From Trichosphaerium sp. ATCC 40318 (Eukaryota; Protista; Tubulinea), in NCBI GenBank assembly GCA_038496445.1, contig JALMLS010000064.1, positions 744,001 through 808,000 of the forward strand: a stretch of 64,000 bases of DNA. The letters run 5' to 3'. Position 1 is the stretch's first letter, and every line of letters starts with the position of its first letter. This document shows, piece after piece, positions 50,522 to 61,625 of the stretch. The position numbers and the translations under genes are program-made. The notes under the pieces were generated by a model, which did not search any database, was not told the DNA's origin, and worked only from the letters and a program-made list of their open reading frames with translations.

Positions 50522-52550
50522 TTATTTTCTAGCATTATTGGCACCACCAATATATCTATGTAGCATAAATGCACCAACAACAGCAACAGCAGCTCCACTA
50601 AGAAGTCCTAAAGCAGCCAAAGGTGAAAGTTGATCTTCTTCTGCTTCTTCTTCAATAGCGATAGCCTAAACGAAGATAAGAATATTGATTAAGGTTTTGA
50701 ATAACAAAACTCCTTTTTACCAGCGGATTCTCATAAAAACATGAAAAAAAAAAAAAGAGAAAAAAGAAGATTTTTCTTTTTGAGTTTCTGGTTTTTTGCC
50801 GCCGTTAAATTTGACGTCGCATAGATGCCTTGCGTGAGAGAGAGGTACTCTCCTTTTTTCTATTTTGTTCATCTATAAATTCAAGCTCATTTATCCTTTC
50901 CTCAAGTATGATAGCCTGAAACAAATTAAACATATATAACATCGGTAATAACAATAAAAGTCAGCAAGCAACCTACCTCTGGTTCTGTAGCTGGAGTTCT
51001 CTTTAGTGATCTTAGATACTCACGTGCTTGTTTTAAATCTTTTGGGACAACTTTGCCTTCAATAAACATGCGACATAACTGGTTACATATTAATCAAACC
51101 AAAGAACACTCTTCAAAAAAAAGAAAGAAAATAACTTGTACGTACACGTAAGCAAGCTTCAGAACAATTTAGGTCTTTCGCCTTTATCCATAATTTCTGT
51201 GCAGTAGGATACTCACCACGCTTAAAAGCAACAAGTCCAAGATGATAGAATGCAATTGGTACACCTGAAGTCGATTAGCAAACAACAAAAACTCAAGTAC
51301 AGAAGCACAACTTTTTTACCAAAAAGAAAAAAGCGAACACGTGCTAAACATCATCTCCTACGCACCTTGCTTTGCAGCTTTACTGTACCACTCTTCTGAA
51401 ATAAACAAGTCCTGTTCAATTCCTGCAGTACCATTAAAGTACACATGACCAATCATCAACTGAGCCTCTGGATCATTCCATTGTTTATTAGCCATTCTAG
51501 GTGTTTTATTAAAAACAAGAACAGAAAAAAACGAAACGTCAAAAAACCCACAATCTTTTCTTTTAACGTTGACATAAGGAATGACTCTGGCGAGAGGTGG
51601 AATGACGTACTTCAAAAAATCAAGTGCTTTCGTTGCGTCTGTTTTTAATATATCTAAAAACTTTTTATCCAAGCCCAGGTATACCCTGGCTGCACCTTTT
51701 TGAGCCTAAACATGTTAACAAATGATAAAATAAAAGTGATTATTTTTTTCTTTATCTTCTCAAAGAATTGATAAAATCCTGTTTCTGACGGCAACAAAAA
51801 CAAGCCATATATAACTACAGTCATAATATAACTTGTCAAAAGAGCGTAGAACACCAGGTAGAAGAAATAAAACGACAACAAGATAGAAAAAAAGTGGTGA
51901 GAAAGCAAAAACAACACGTACCAGCAATAACCCTTTCTTTGCTGCAGCAAGCATATTACGAAATCCTTCGCGTAGATCAACCTCAAAATGGCGCCCATGT
52001 ATTTTAGCTTGAGCAAACTCATATTGAGATTGACCATCAATGTCTTCTCCTTTCAATACTGGACCCTTTAAATAAGATGATTTTGTCAGTATTGAGAGAC
52101 TGGATGATGAATACGTTTTTTTGTAAACCGATAGACTGATTTTGGCTGAAAAGGCAACTTTTATCCGTTTTGTTGTCATTTACCTTTACTAGCATTGGCC
52201 ATGGCGTTTTACGCTTCTTTTCAAGATCAATAGATACTTTACCATCAGAAAGAAACCATAAGCTATGCATTACTGGCTCAAATAGCGTTCCCTATACCCA
52301 ATCAGTACATTATTTTATAAAACGCCATGTTTCCGCGGCTTTTTTTTTCTGTACGAGTTCCTAATGCGTTACGCGTAGAAATAATACATACTTGTACAAT
52401 TGGGGTTTGTCCTTTAATCCCAGCACAAATTTGATCATTCTTTATTATAATAGCAATGTCTTTCTTGCTTTTATTCGGTGGTATATAGAACGAAACGCAT
52501 GCTTCATCATGGTGATCACTCCATTCATAAAAAGTACCAAAACGCGACAT
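50522..52550 (-). CDS. CS (NudC/p23-like) domain + Sel1-like repeats + C-terminal TM anchor
   Basis: YEWSD...VSFYIP...KKDIAI...GIKGQTPIVQ|GTLFEPV..SLW..IDLEKK..PWPMLV. Sel1 motif EAQLMIGHVYFNGTAGIEQD...WYSKAAKQG. Hydrophobic C-terminal helix. Confidence 0.75.
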
Positions 52551-52972
52551 TCGCTCGTGTGACGTTTAATGCGCGTAAATCAAAACGAAATAGTGAATTT
52601 AGGCTCTTTGTAAGCCAAGTCAACCCATTTCATTTTCCAAAAACTTTCGTGCAGCCAAAACGAGCATGTTCCGTTGTGAGATGGCTATTGCTAGTAACAA
52701 CTGATGAATTATACTTTTGAGGCTTAACGACTGTTTTGGTACTGAACTCAACTTTATAAATCAACAAAGAAAAACGTTTCACTGAGTTAACAAAAAAGAA
52801 AAGTTTTTATTTTACCAACAAATACAAAAGCGAAATATAACATCGCTGTTAACCCAATGTAATGACTTTACTTTTGTTTGTCAGCTTCTACAAGAAGAAA
52901 ATAAGGTAAGAGAAGGAAGAAAACATTGCAAACTCAAAACTTCAAAAAAAAATTGAACTCATTTGAACAAAG

Positions 52973-54682
52973 TCAAGTGACAGCTGTTAACGTACTTGGA
53001 TCATAGTCTTCATCCAAGAATCTAGTCAAAGACTCGGCGGTGGCTACTTTAGCATCACCTTTGAGCACTTTACCGATTGGCAAGAAACGCCATTGACCAT
53101 CATTTTCAGGATCTCTGAATACCTTGCAGAAGCACAATCCACGGACTTTACCGAGCTTCTCATTGATGACGTAACGACATTTTTCATCTTGAGTCAAGTC
53201 ATCGCACAAACGGACGTAAGCTTGTGGAACATCTTTGAAAGATTTGCTGCCTTTTAAAAAAATATGAGTATAAACAAAAGGAAAAAAACTGTTGATCAGA
53301 GTGGTGCAAGAAACATCGAACTTGTCTTTCTAATAAGAGTATCGTACCTGTGTAGACATGGATAACGAACACGAGGTTCTTGACGGATGCTTTAAGGCTG
53401 TTCAAGTTGACAGTGATACGTTCTTGGTCACCTTCCTTGTTTGAGCTTCTTGCATTGGTAATATCGCCACTGTGTTCGATATCAAATTTCTTGCTCTTTA
53501 GTTGCTTGAAGGAAATTGTTTCGATCAATTTATCCTTCTTATCAAAGAGAACAAGTGATGCATCCAAGTCAAAGTCGGTACTCCAACCAAGGCCCTAATA
53601 ATGATAAACAACAACTCGAACAAGTACGGAAAAAAAAAGCGAAATGTTGAACGAAAGCTACTGGGCACTGAATGACACGTACAACGAATACTTTGGCCAT
53701 GTGACGTTCAACCCAGTTGAATACTTCACCACGAGCAAGCATTTGGGAGGATTCTCTTTTCAAAGTCTACAAGGAGCGTCAGCAAAAAAAATTATACGAA
53801 AGACTTTTGTTGACATTTGAAGTTAGTCGTTGAAGAAAAACTTACTGGCTTCTTCTTTGTTGTGCGAGCCTTCTTCTTTGGTGTAGTCTTGGTAGGACTG
53901 GCCTTGCGCTTCTTAGGGCTAGCTCTCTTGGTGGCCTTTTTAGGAGTGGTTTTTTTAGTGGCAGCCTTGCGTCCTCTTTTCTTAGGAGCAGGCTTACTAC
54001 CAGTAGTTTTCTTGGCTCTAGTGGTCTTCTTTGTTGTCTTCTTGGTAGTCTTCTTAGTGGTCTTTTTCGTAGTGCGCCTGTGAACGTATAAGACAAAGCA
54101 CAAAGGCGACAAAAAGGCGAAACGTATTTTTGAAGATTTGCCACTTACTTTTTGGTTGTCTTTTTAACGCTAGATACACGAATACGGTACGAAGCACGTT
54201 TCTGGATGAGCAAGTTCTTCTCTACACCGCTAGAAATAGGTTAGTTCGCAGAAAAAATGCAATGTACGAACCCGGCAAGAGCATTTCTTACATAGCGTCT
54301 GTAGGTGCTAGGATTGACATCAAAGTTCTGTTCTACGTACTTTGCAATCGCAATGTAACTGATAAACTACGAAAATAGTATTAGATTTGTTACTTCTGAG
54401 CAAACACAAAACAGCTCATAGCCAGTAAAAAACCGTTACATGTACTTGTAGAAAATAGGAAAAGAAAGTCGATGAAAGAGAAAAAAAGTGTTCTACGAAC
54501 GATCTCTTCTGATTTTTCGCAAAATAAGTCCATTGATCATGCACTGTTGTTGTACTAACCTTACGAACGTTACCAGCAGCAATATCTTCGATGGCGAGGG
54601 CAACCATCACGGAATAAGGCTTCTTAGTGGCTGTAGCCACTTTTTTTTTCTTTGTACTCTTTGTTGATTTTCTGGCAGGCAT
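52973..54682 (-). CDS. Linker histone H1 (H15 globular domain + Lys-rich tail) fused to a TerD/CABP1-like domain
   Basis: KPYSVMVALAI...K|FISYIAIAKYVEQNF...RYVRNALAG|GVEKNLLIQKRASYRI, then a tail with SPKK/TPKK motifs. In-frame intron 53767-53845 leads to TerD motifs GLGW..DFDLDAS, HSGD, GDQERITVNL and WRFLPIG. Confidence 0.8.
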
Positions 54683-55214
54683 CTTTGAGTTCTTTTGAGT
54701 ACGCGATGCGGTTGAGGTGGTAGGTTTATTTAAAAATTAAGGTCACATGTTACCGTTAAGCCAAAAGTAACCGTTGGTTTGGCGGCATTTACTTAATACA
54801 AGAGTGTTTATAACTTGTTCATTCAATAATTATTTAATTTTGTTTGGTTGTGTTTTTGATATTTTTTTTTTTGATAATTTTCTTGTGTTGTGGTGTATCT
54901 CCTTGTCTATTTACCTTCTCGTTTAAATATACGAACGTGTCAGGTTATATTCTCGGGTTTGTTAGGCGGATTAGATACTTATACTACCGTTAATGGCGTA
55001 AATCACATAACAGCAAAAAGCGACTTTTTTTTGTTCATAAGAACAAACCCCTGACCGCTGCTTATACATCCATTTGATAACCCTCGGTATCTCGCGTTAT
55101 ATCGCATACTAGTACAGTGTACTATCCTACGATAACACGCTTAAAATGGTCGCATTTGTGATGAATTTCCGAAGCCATAATATCTTTAGAGCGTTCTGAC
55201 TTTGTTACGGGAGC

Positions 55215-56901
55215 TCATGTTGGAAATAATGCAAATGTGCATCGCGAGAGCCACCTACGCATTATTGTTAGCATCTCAGGTATTATAACGATGCATGCCA
55301 TTGCTCTGAACGCTTCATTCTCTCCTCTATATGACTTGGTCGTTCGTAAAACACTTTTTTATGTTTTTCTGCGTTACGAAGAGAATCCAGGACATCATTC
55401 CACGAAGACTGCAACATAACGCAACCAAGACGTCGTAGCTGATCAGACGATACTCGTTTACACTCATCAATAGTATTGAGATCCATCTTGTCTTTGACAT
55501 ACTCAACGAACTCTCGAATATTCTGTTGTGATTTCCAAAAGTTACGAGAAATACAGGCTATTATTAAACAAAAGATTGAGCAAAATGATATCAAGAGTAG
55601 GTCACGTACTGAATTTCCAAGGTATCCAATTGTATTGAGGGTATAACGAAACAAGTAAATCCTTATAGGAGTTCATACCACAGCTTCTAAATTCAAAGTA
55701 AATTAAAACGAGACGACACTTTTTTTTTTGATAAAACTCTACCGGACTACAGCTCCTGCACGATCAATTGATCCAAAATCAGATGCTGTTACATTATACC
55801 AATCATTAATTTGCCGTATATTCAGTTTTTGTTCAGCCTAGGGATCACCAAGTGAGCAAGATAGGTCGAGATGTAAAAAAGATATTCGTACATATCGAAT
55901 AAATGAGCGTAAATTCTCCTGTTCACTCCAAAAATATCGTCTAGTAGCAGCTTTGATAAAGTAAATAAAAACTCCCTTAAACGTAAATCATACTGAATTT
56001 CCAAGGTATCCATACATAGTCACAGTATATGACCTCAAGTAATCGGCCCAAAGAACCACCGTAGTAGTGACTATCATGAAAAAAACCCGTTAGCTTCAAA
56101 GAAATAAAGATCGGCAGGTCAACTCTACCAAGAAACGTACTTTATAAGACGAGAAGCACCCATATCATATAATTCACGCACGTGAACTTTATACCAATCA
56201 CTAACTTTTTTTATATTAAGTTCAGCTTCGACCTATTTTTGGCGTGAGTTTTACAAAAGAAAAAGGTTAAAAAGAGAAAAGATAGAATTGTCCTCCATTT
56301 TTATGCGATTGAGTTGTTTAGTAAGTACCTCTCTTATGTATATTGTCTGGTTGCTTAAACTTTGCCAAAAATGTGTCGGTACACCCACTACAAAAGAGAA
56401 TTTTTTGTTAATTCCAAAAAAGCCAATTTTGACACTTTTTTTCCCAAAGTGTCAAAAAAAAAGTCGTACGGAATTTCCATGGTAGCCATTTGTACATTGG
56501 GTAGTGATGTTTAATAACATTTTGAAGGGAAGTGTCATAATTTCTAATATTTTCAAAAAGTTAGGCTTTTGTCGTTTATTTCGTACTCATAGCTCATTAT
56601 TCGTACCGAATTATCTTGTAACCGAGGTGACCACCTTTTCTGAAGGTTTTTTGACTGATTTGATACCAACCGTCAAGTGTTTTTAATCCTAGACGTTTTT
56701 CTGTCTTTTAAGAGTAAGTTGACGCATTTTTATGGTTAATGTACGTCGTAAATGAAGTCTCGTTCGTCTTGTTGTGCTATTTTGTATTTAAAGTCCTCAG
56801 CCGCTCTTCGCATCTTATTATGTAAGTATTGTGCGGTTTAGCGATTGTTTACTAACCTTTTGAGTATGAGCTCGTTCTACGCGTTTTATTACGTTTGCCA
56901 T
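55215..56901 (-). CDS. 'DWY' tandem-repeat protein, paralog 4 (4 repeats, no nuclease domain)
   Basis: Repeats centred on LDGWY, VSDWY, INDWY and IDECK, the first three with W.PWKF. A GC-AG intron at 55255-55298 gives the ending KRSEQW|WLSRCTFALFPT*; if unspliced, the ORF ends at 55283. Confidence 0.75.
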
Positions 56902-57135
56902 TAGTTAGATGCGTTTTACGACTAGCGGAGCACGAAACAGCGTATTGGATAACAAATAACTCAGCAATGCTAGTTATCACTTTGATTCGTTACAATCGTA
57001 AAGGTAAGGCGAACAGTAGATAAATTATTGCACAATAACGTTCAATACACGACTTAACCAAAAAGTCAAAGTGTCACATTTTGTAAAACAGAAATTAAAT
57101 TTCTACCTGTCTCATCATCATCATCTGTTGATGCT

Positions 57136-60100
57136 ATGGCGGTACGCACGTTAAAATCTATTTACAAGATAAAATGACATCTAACGTTGCTAAAAAACAC
57201 CTAGGATGTCTTGAATTTGTATGATACAACAACTATATTAGTTACACTAAGGGGGAGGGTTCAATTCGGTACAAGAAAGAGATTAGCTCGGACCTACAAG
57301 AATGTCTTTCTAGGTAACCCCAAATAAGCCCTATTCGCGTTTTTATGACAGATTTGCGCGCTTACAACGTCATAAGATGATGTTTTATGATGGTACCATT
57401 CTATTAACACGTGTTAGCATCCGACGCGATTAAAACTATAACACAAGCTTTCTCTATTGATAATAGTCAGGCTTGTATTCTTCTTGATAGACTTCGGAAA
57501 GAAAGTAAGTGATATATTTTAGATACATTGTGTATTAATTTATTGGGTCTTTTATAGATCGTATCGTATGTGCACATGAGAGCAAACGTCATTTTAGAAA
57601 GGGAAGCGGAAGTACACTTTGGAGAATTGCAGGTGAGGTAAGCACATACGCATGTGGATGCCTTAAAAGGCGTTATTTGGTGTGGGTAGTTCGAAAATAA
57701 TTTATTTTATTTTCTACATTTCACGTGATTTTACACGTGGTCTACAAAAGATAAATCAACCTTAAAAGAAGAATTCAAAAACGCCCCATAAAAGGCTTTT
57801 GTTGATGCTTTTCTGAACTGCTCTGTAGGGTACCAGAGTTAGAGCTGTAACAGTTTCTGATCAGATGGATTGGACTCATCATAAGCCACCAGCGCCCGCA
57901 ACTGAAAAACTACGGTCGTCTACACCAAACAAAAAACTAAGCAGGAATAATGGAAATTCGGATGTGACATCAGGATCACAATCTCCAAAGCAAAGAACAG
58001 AACGTCCAAAAACTAGCCGAAGAAGAAGAAGTGGCTCAGTTTCGAAAACAAGAAAAGTAACAACTCCTAAAGGAAGGCGGAGAGCACAGACTATCCTACC
58101 AAAACGAGTTGACGCTGGTTTGTCCAAAGGTAGCACATCGCAGTTTATGATAACAAAGTACTTAACTTCTTTTTTGCTCACAACTATTCACAGGTGATGC
58201 GCGCTACGCAATACGGTTCATACTACCGTTTCAGACAACCGCTGTTCTTTGCCAACCAACTGATACACTTCGACAAGTAATTGAGCGTACTATAGCAGGC
58301 AGGGACCAGACAAATCTTAGTGTAGATGACTACCATGTAACAACCCCAAATGGAAGAAAATTATCAATAGAGAAGCAAGTATCAAGCCTCAGCCTCTCAA
58401 AATCATGTACAATACGATGTTGCGAGCCAAAAGGTGTAGAAAAATTACAAGGCACTGTAAAATTCTCGAGGGCTAACAGTGCGCCTTTTGCGCGGCGAAA
58501 TACGATGGACTCACCAAGACTATCTCCTAAGCTCCCTGTTAATGTACGTTATTGAATTGAAAGTTTTTCTTTCTGCACGTTTTTTTTACAATGTTATAAC
58601 TTGTGTACTAGCTTCCAGCTGGAAGTGGCGTTCAATCAATGATGACACCTAAGAAGCAAGGGAGCCTGCCATCTCTACAATCAATACACCAGCAAGTCAA
58701 TATTTTTTTTCTATTATTGATGCATTAATAACGTTATAACAGCCGAATGCAAACACAAGCTTCACCGATAGATAAACCACGTGATACAAGACAATCAGTA
58801 TTTTATGAAATAATAGAAACAGAAGAATCGTTCTTAAATGATCTTGACATTTGTATAACAGTAAGCCTTTCTTTCAAAGAACATCTTGTTTTGTTAACAT
58901 TATTTGATGACTTGTTTACTAGGCTTTCTATAAAGGATGCCTCTATCGTCCTGGTATTCCAGAATCTTCAATACGAGGTATATTCCTAAACATTGAAGAC
59001 TCTTTACTACTGAACTCTCGAAACCTTGTCCGAGAATTGAGAAAGTTGAACGCTACAGATCCATTTAAACAGAACATGTCAAAAGTCTTCTTGGAATCAA
59101 AGAAGATGCTTGATGACCTTCAGAAGTACTGTGCTAACTATCCATCTGCTAAAAAAGCAGCTGAAGAACTTGTAAAATCAAATAACACTTTCGGAAGATT
59201 TGTTGAAGAACAAACTGCAAATAATGGTGGTTTGACTCTAGATGACTTTCTCATTAAGCCAATGCAACGGTATGTTTATAAAACAATACTATTGGGTTTT
59301 GTACATTTGATGAATTTCGTTAACACGTGAATAGTATTTGTCGGTATCCGCTTTTATTACGTGAACTCCAGAAAAACACAATAGAAGGCTCTCCAGATTT
59401 TGAAGTACGCAACCTACTTCTGGTGTTGGTGATACCGTTCCAACTAATTATAGGGTATACCTAAAGCTCTTGAGATGGTAAAATCAGTGATCACAGGTGC
59501 AAATGAAGTGAAGAGGATTACGGACAGTTTGGCTAGGATTAATGAACTTAACTTTTCGTGGGAGAAACCTCAAGTACGCATATTGTAGAAATTGTCACGT
59601 GTTTGTGTTTTGTTGTTGTTGTTGGATCCGCTCGTACTGTTTTTTAAAACAGTACTGGTGGCTGCAGCTTTGAGTCTCAACGCAAAGACAAAACAAGTTC
59701 AACAATGTTTGTGTTTATGCTGATTATTTGATAGTACAAGGAAACGTTTGAGTCTATTAGAAAAGTACACTCATTGGTTATAATTAAGGAAGGCTGGGTT
59801 AAAGATGATAAAAAGAGAAAGTTCTATTTATTTTTACTTAATCATGTCATCTTGGTAACAAAGCCAAAGAGTACGTTGTAAACAAATTATTACAATTTTT
59901 TTTCGGGGTTAATTAAATCACGTGAGTGTTAACATACAATGTATTTTTAGGTAAGAATCATGAAGTTTATAAAATACTACCAATGTCAACAATTGTTGTA
60001 TGTAATATGCCTACAATGCCTTCAAGTAAAAGCGAAGACAATGGCATTAGATTGGTATGACTTTTTCTTTGTTTTCGCCTTTTTTTCAGCGTTCAAATTC

Positions 60101-60234
60101 TACAGTGTAACTCTTGTTTCTTGGTTTTTATTCCTGTTTAGATGCTTACAGACACAAATCTTAAACTTAATCTGAAATTTGATTCTACATTTGAATACAA
60201 AGACTGGCTTTCTATCCTACAAGCTTGTACATAA
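57136..60234 (+). CDS. DEP-DH-PH Rho guanine nucleotide exchange factor
   Basis: DEP-like RKRLARTYKNVFL|ASDAI. DH: RQSVFYEIIETEESFLNDL, YCANYPSA, LDDFLIKPMQR|ICRYPLLLRELQKNT. PH: RKFYLFLLNHVILVTKP. Confidence 0.85.
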
Positions 60235-60350
60235 ATAACTTATTTATCTCACTTTTTTCTTTGTTTTTTAATTCAGGGAAAGTTTGAGCAATTTGCCCAA
60301 AACAATGTTTGGATGCATGTACAAACGTCTATTGTATTGACAATACTATA

Positions 60351-61399
60351 TCACTCCCTGTTGATATTATTTTCACGCCATTTATAAATCATAGCTGAAA
60401 GCAGAACGAAGGCTCCTTGGACTAAATACAAGTCATACAAACTAACCATTACTTATGCATGCCATTAGTTGCTTCTTTGGCTGATGTCTCAAAGTATTCT
60501 ATGTCATTTGCTTTGGCATACGCCTATACTGTGTTATCAGAGTAGACTGTCATTGTGTACCGCAGCAATATCAGAATCAACGACACACTCATCAAGGAGG
60601 TCACATTTGTTTCCAACAAGTAATATTGGGACATCTTCCTTTGCGTATATTGCCATTATTTGTAGCCACTTACCCACATTTTCAAAAGTCTCCTGCTTTG
60701 TACTATCGTATACAATCATAACACCATCTGCGGCTTTGTAAACTTTGTTAGTATCTATTCCACGAAATCTGTCTTAACTAACACAGTCAGTACAATCACG
60801 ACAAAAACTAACCACATTCGAATGTCAGAACATTCTCTACTTCAAAAAACATGAAAAAAGCGTTCCCTTTAGTGCGCAGAGTTGTTCCCTTTCTTTTACT
60901 TTTGCATACCTATTTTCATGTCCCAGACTTGTAACTTAATTGCTCTATCATAAATTGATATATTTTTAATACGCTACTTTTCAAATAATATGTGAGTAAA
61001 AACCACGTGACAATGATAACGAATTGTTTTGTACGGATAAGAGTTATGTTATATACGTAACCAACATACAAAGTCGAGCCAATTATATTGTGTAGATGTA
61101 TCTTCAGCGAAGCTTAGAACCATACTACTCTTTCCAACTCTGTCATCTCCAGTAACATAAATTTTAAAGAAACACTCACTACAGAGCAAGTCAACCGCGC
61201 AAAGGAATAAAGAATTTGTACTAGTCTCTGTTGGCTTCTTTAGTGATCTCTGGAAGGTGTAAACGATAAAAAAAGTATAGGCTACAAAACAGATTCTAGT
61301 GGATCAAAACAACACTTTTTTGAATAAAAAACTGCTGTTGGGAACGTTTTTAGGTTGTTTACCTTTGTCTTTTCCCCTTTTGCTGCTCGTATCACCCAT
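60351..61399 (-). CDS. Divergent Rab-like small GTPase
   Basis: G1 GDDRVGKSS, IKLQVWD, G4 LVGNKCD and G5 ETSAK are present. G2/G3 are degenerate and there is no C-terminal Cys. Confidence 0.8.
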
Positions 61400-61625
61400 G
61401 TTGATAAGGTACAACTGAGTTAAGTGCTACGTACCACCATTCAAGGAAATTAAAACGACTTTTCTTAAACTCAAAAAGAGTACGTGCAATGACATTTGTT
61501 ATTATCAAAATCAAGGAAAATCTAGGTGACAGCACACGGAAATTTAACAAACACAATTTTTTGTGAATAAGTCAAGCCATTTATTATTTGAACAGTATTG
61601 CTTCTATGGTTCTTTTTCAAGTTAC

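Noticed and set aside
55040-55214. Possible eroded nuclease exon downstream of paralog 4 (…TRDTEGYQMDV*)
   Set aside because: Only faint resemblance to the LTVDIF segment, several stops, and no EYQG..H motif.
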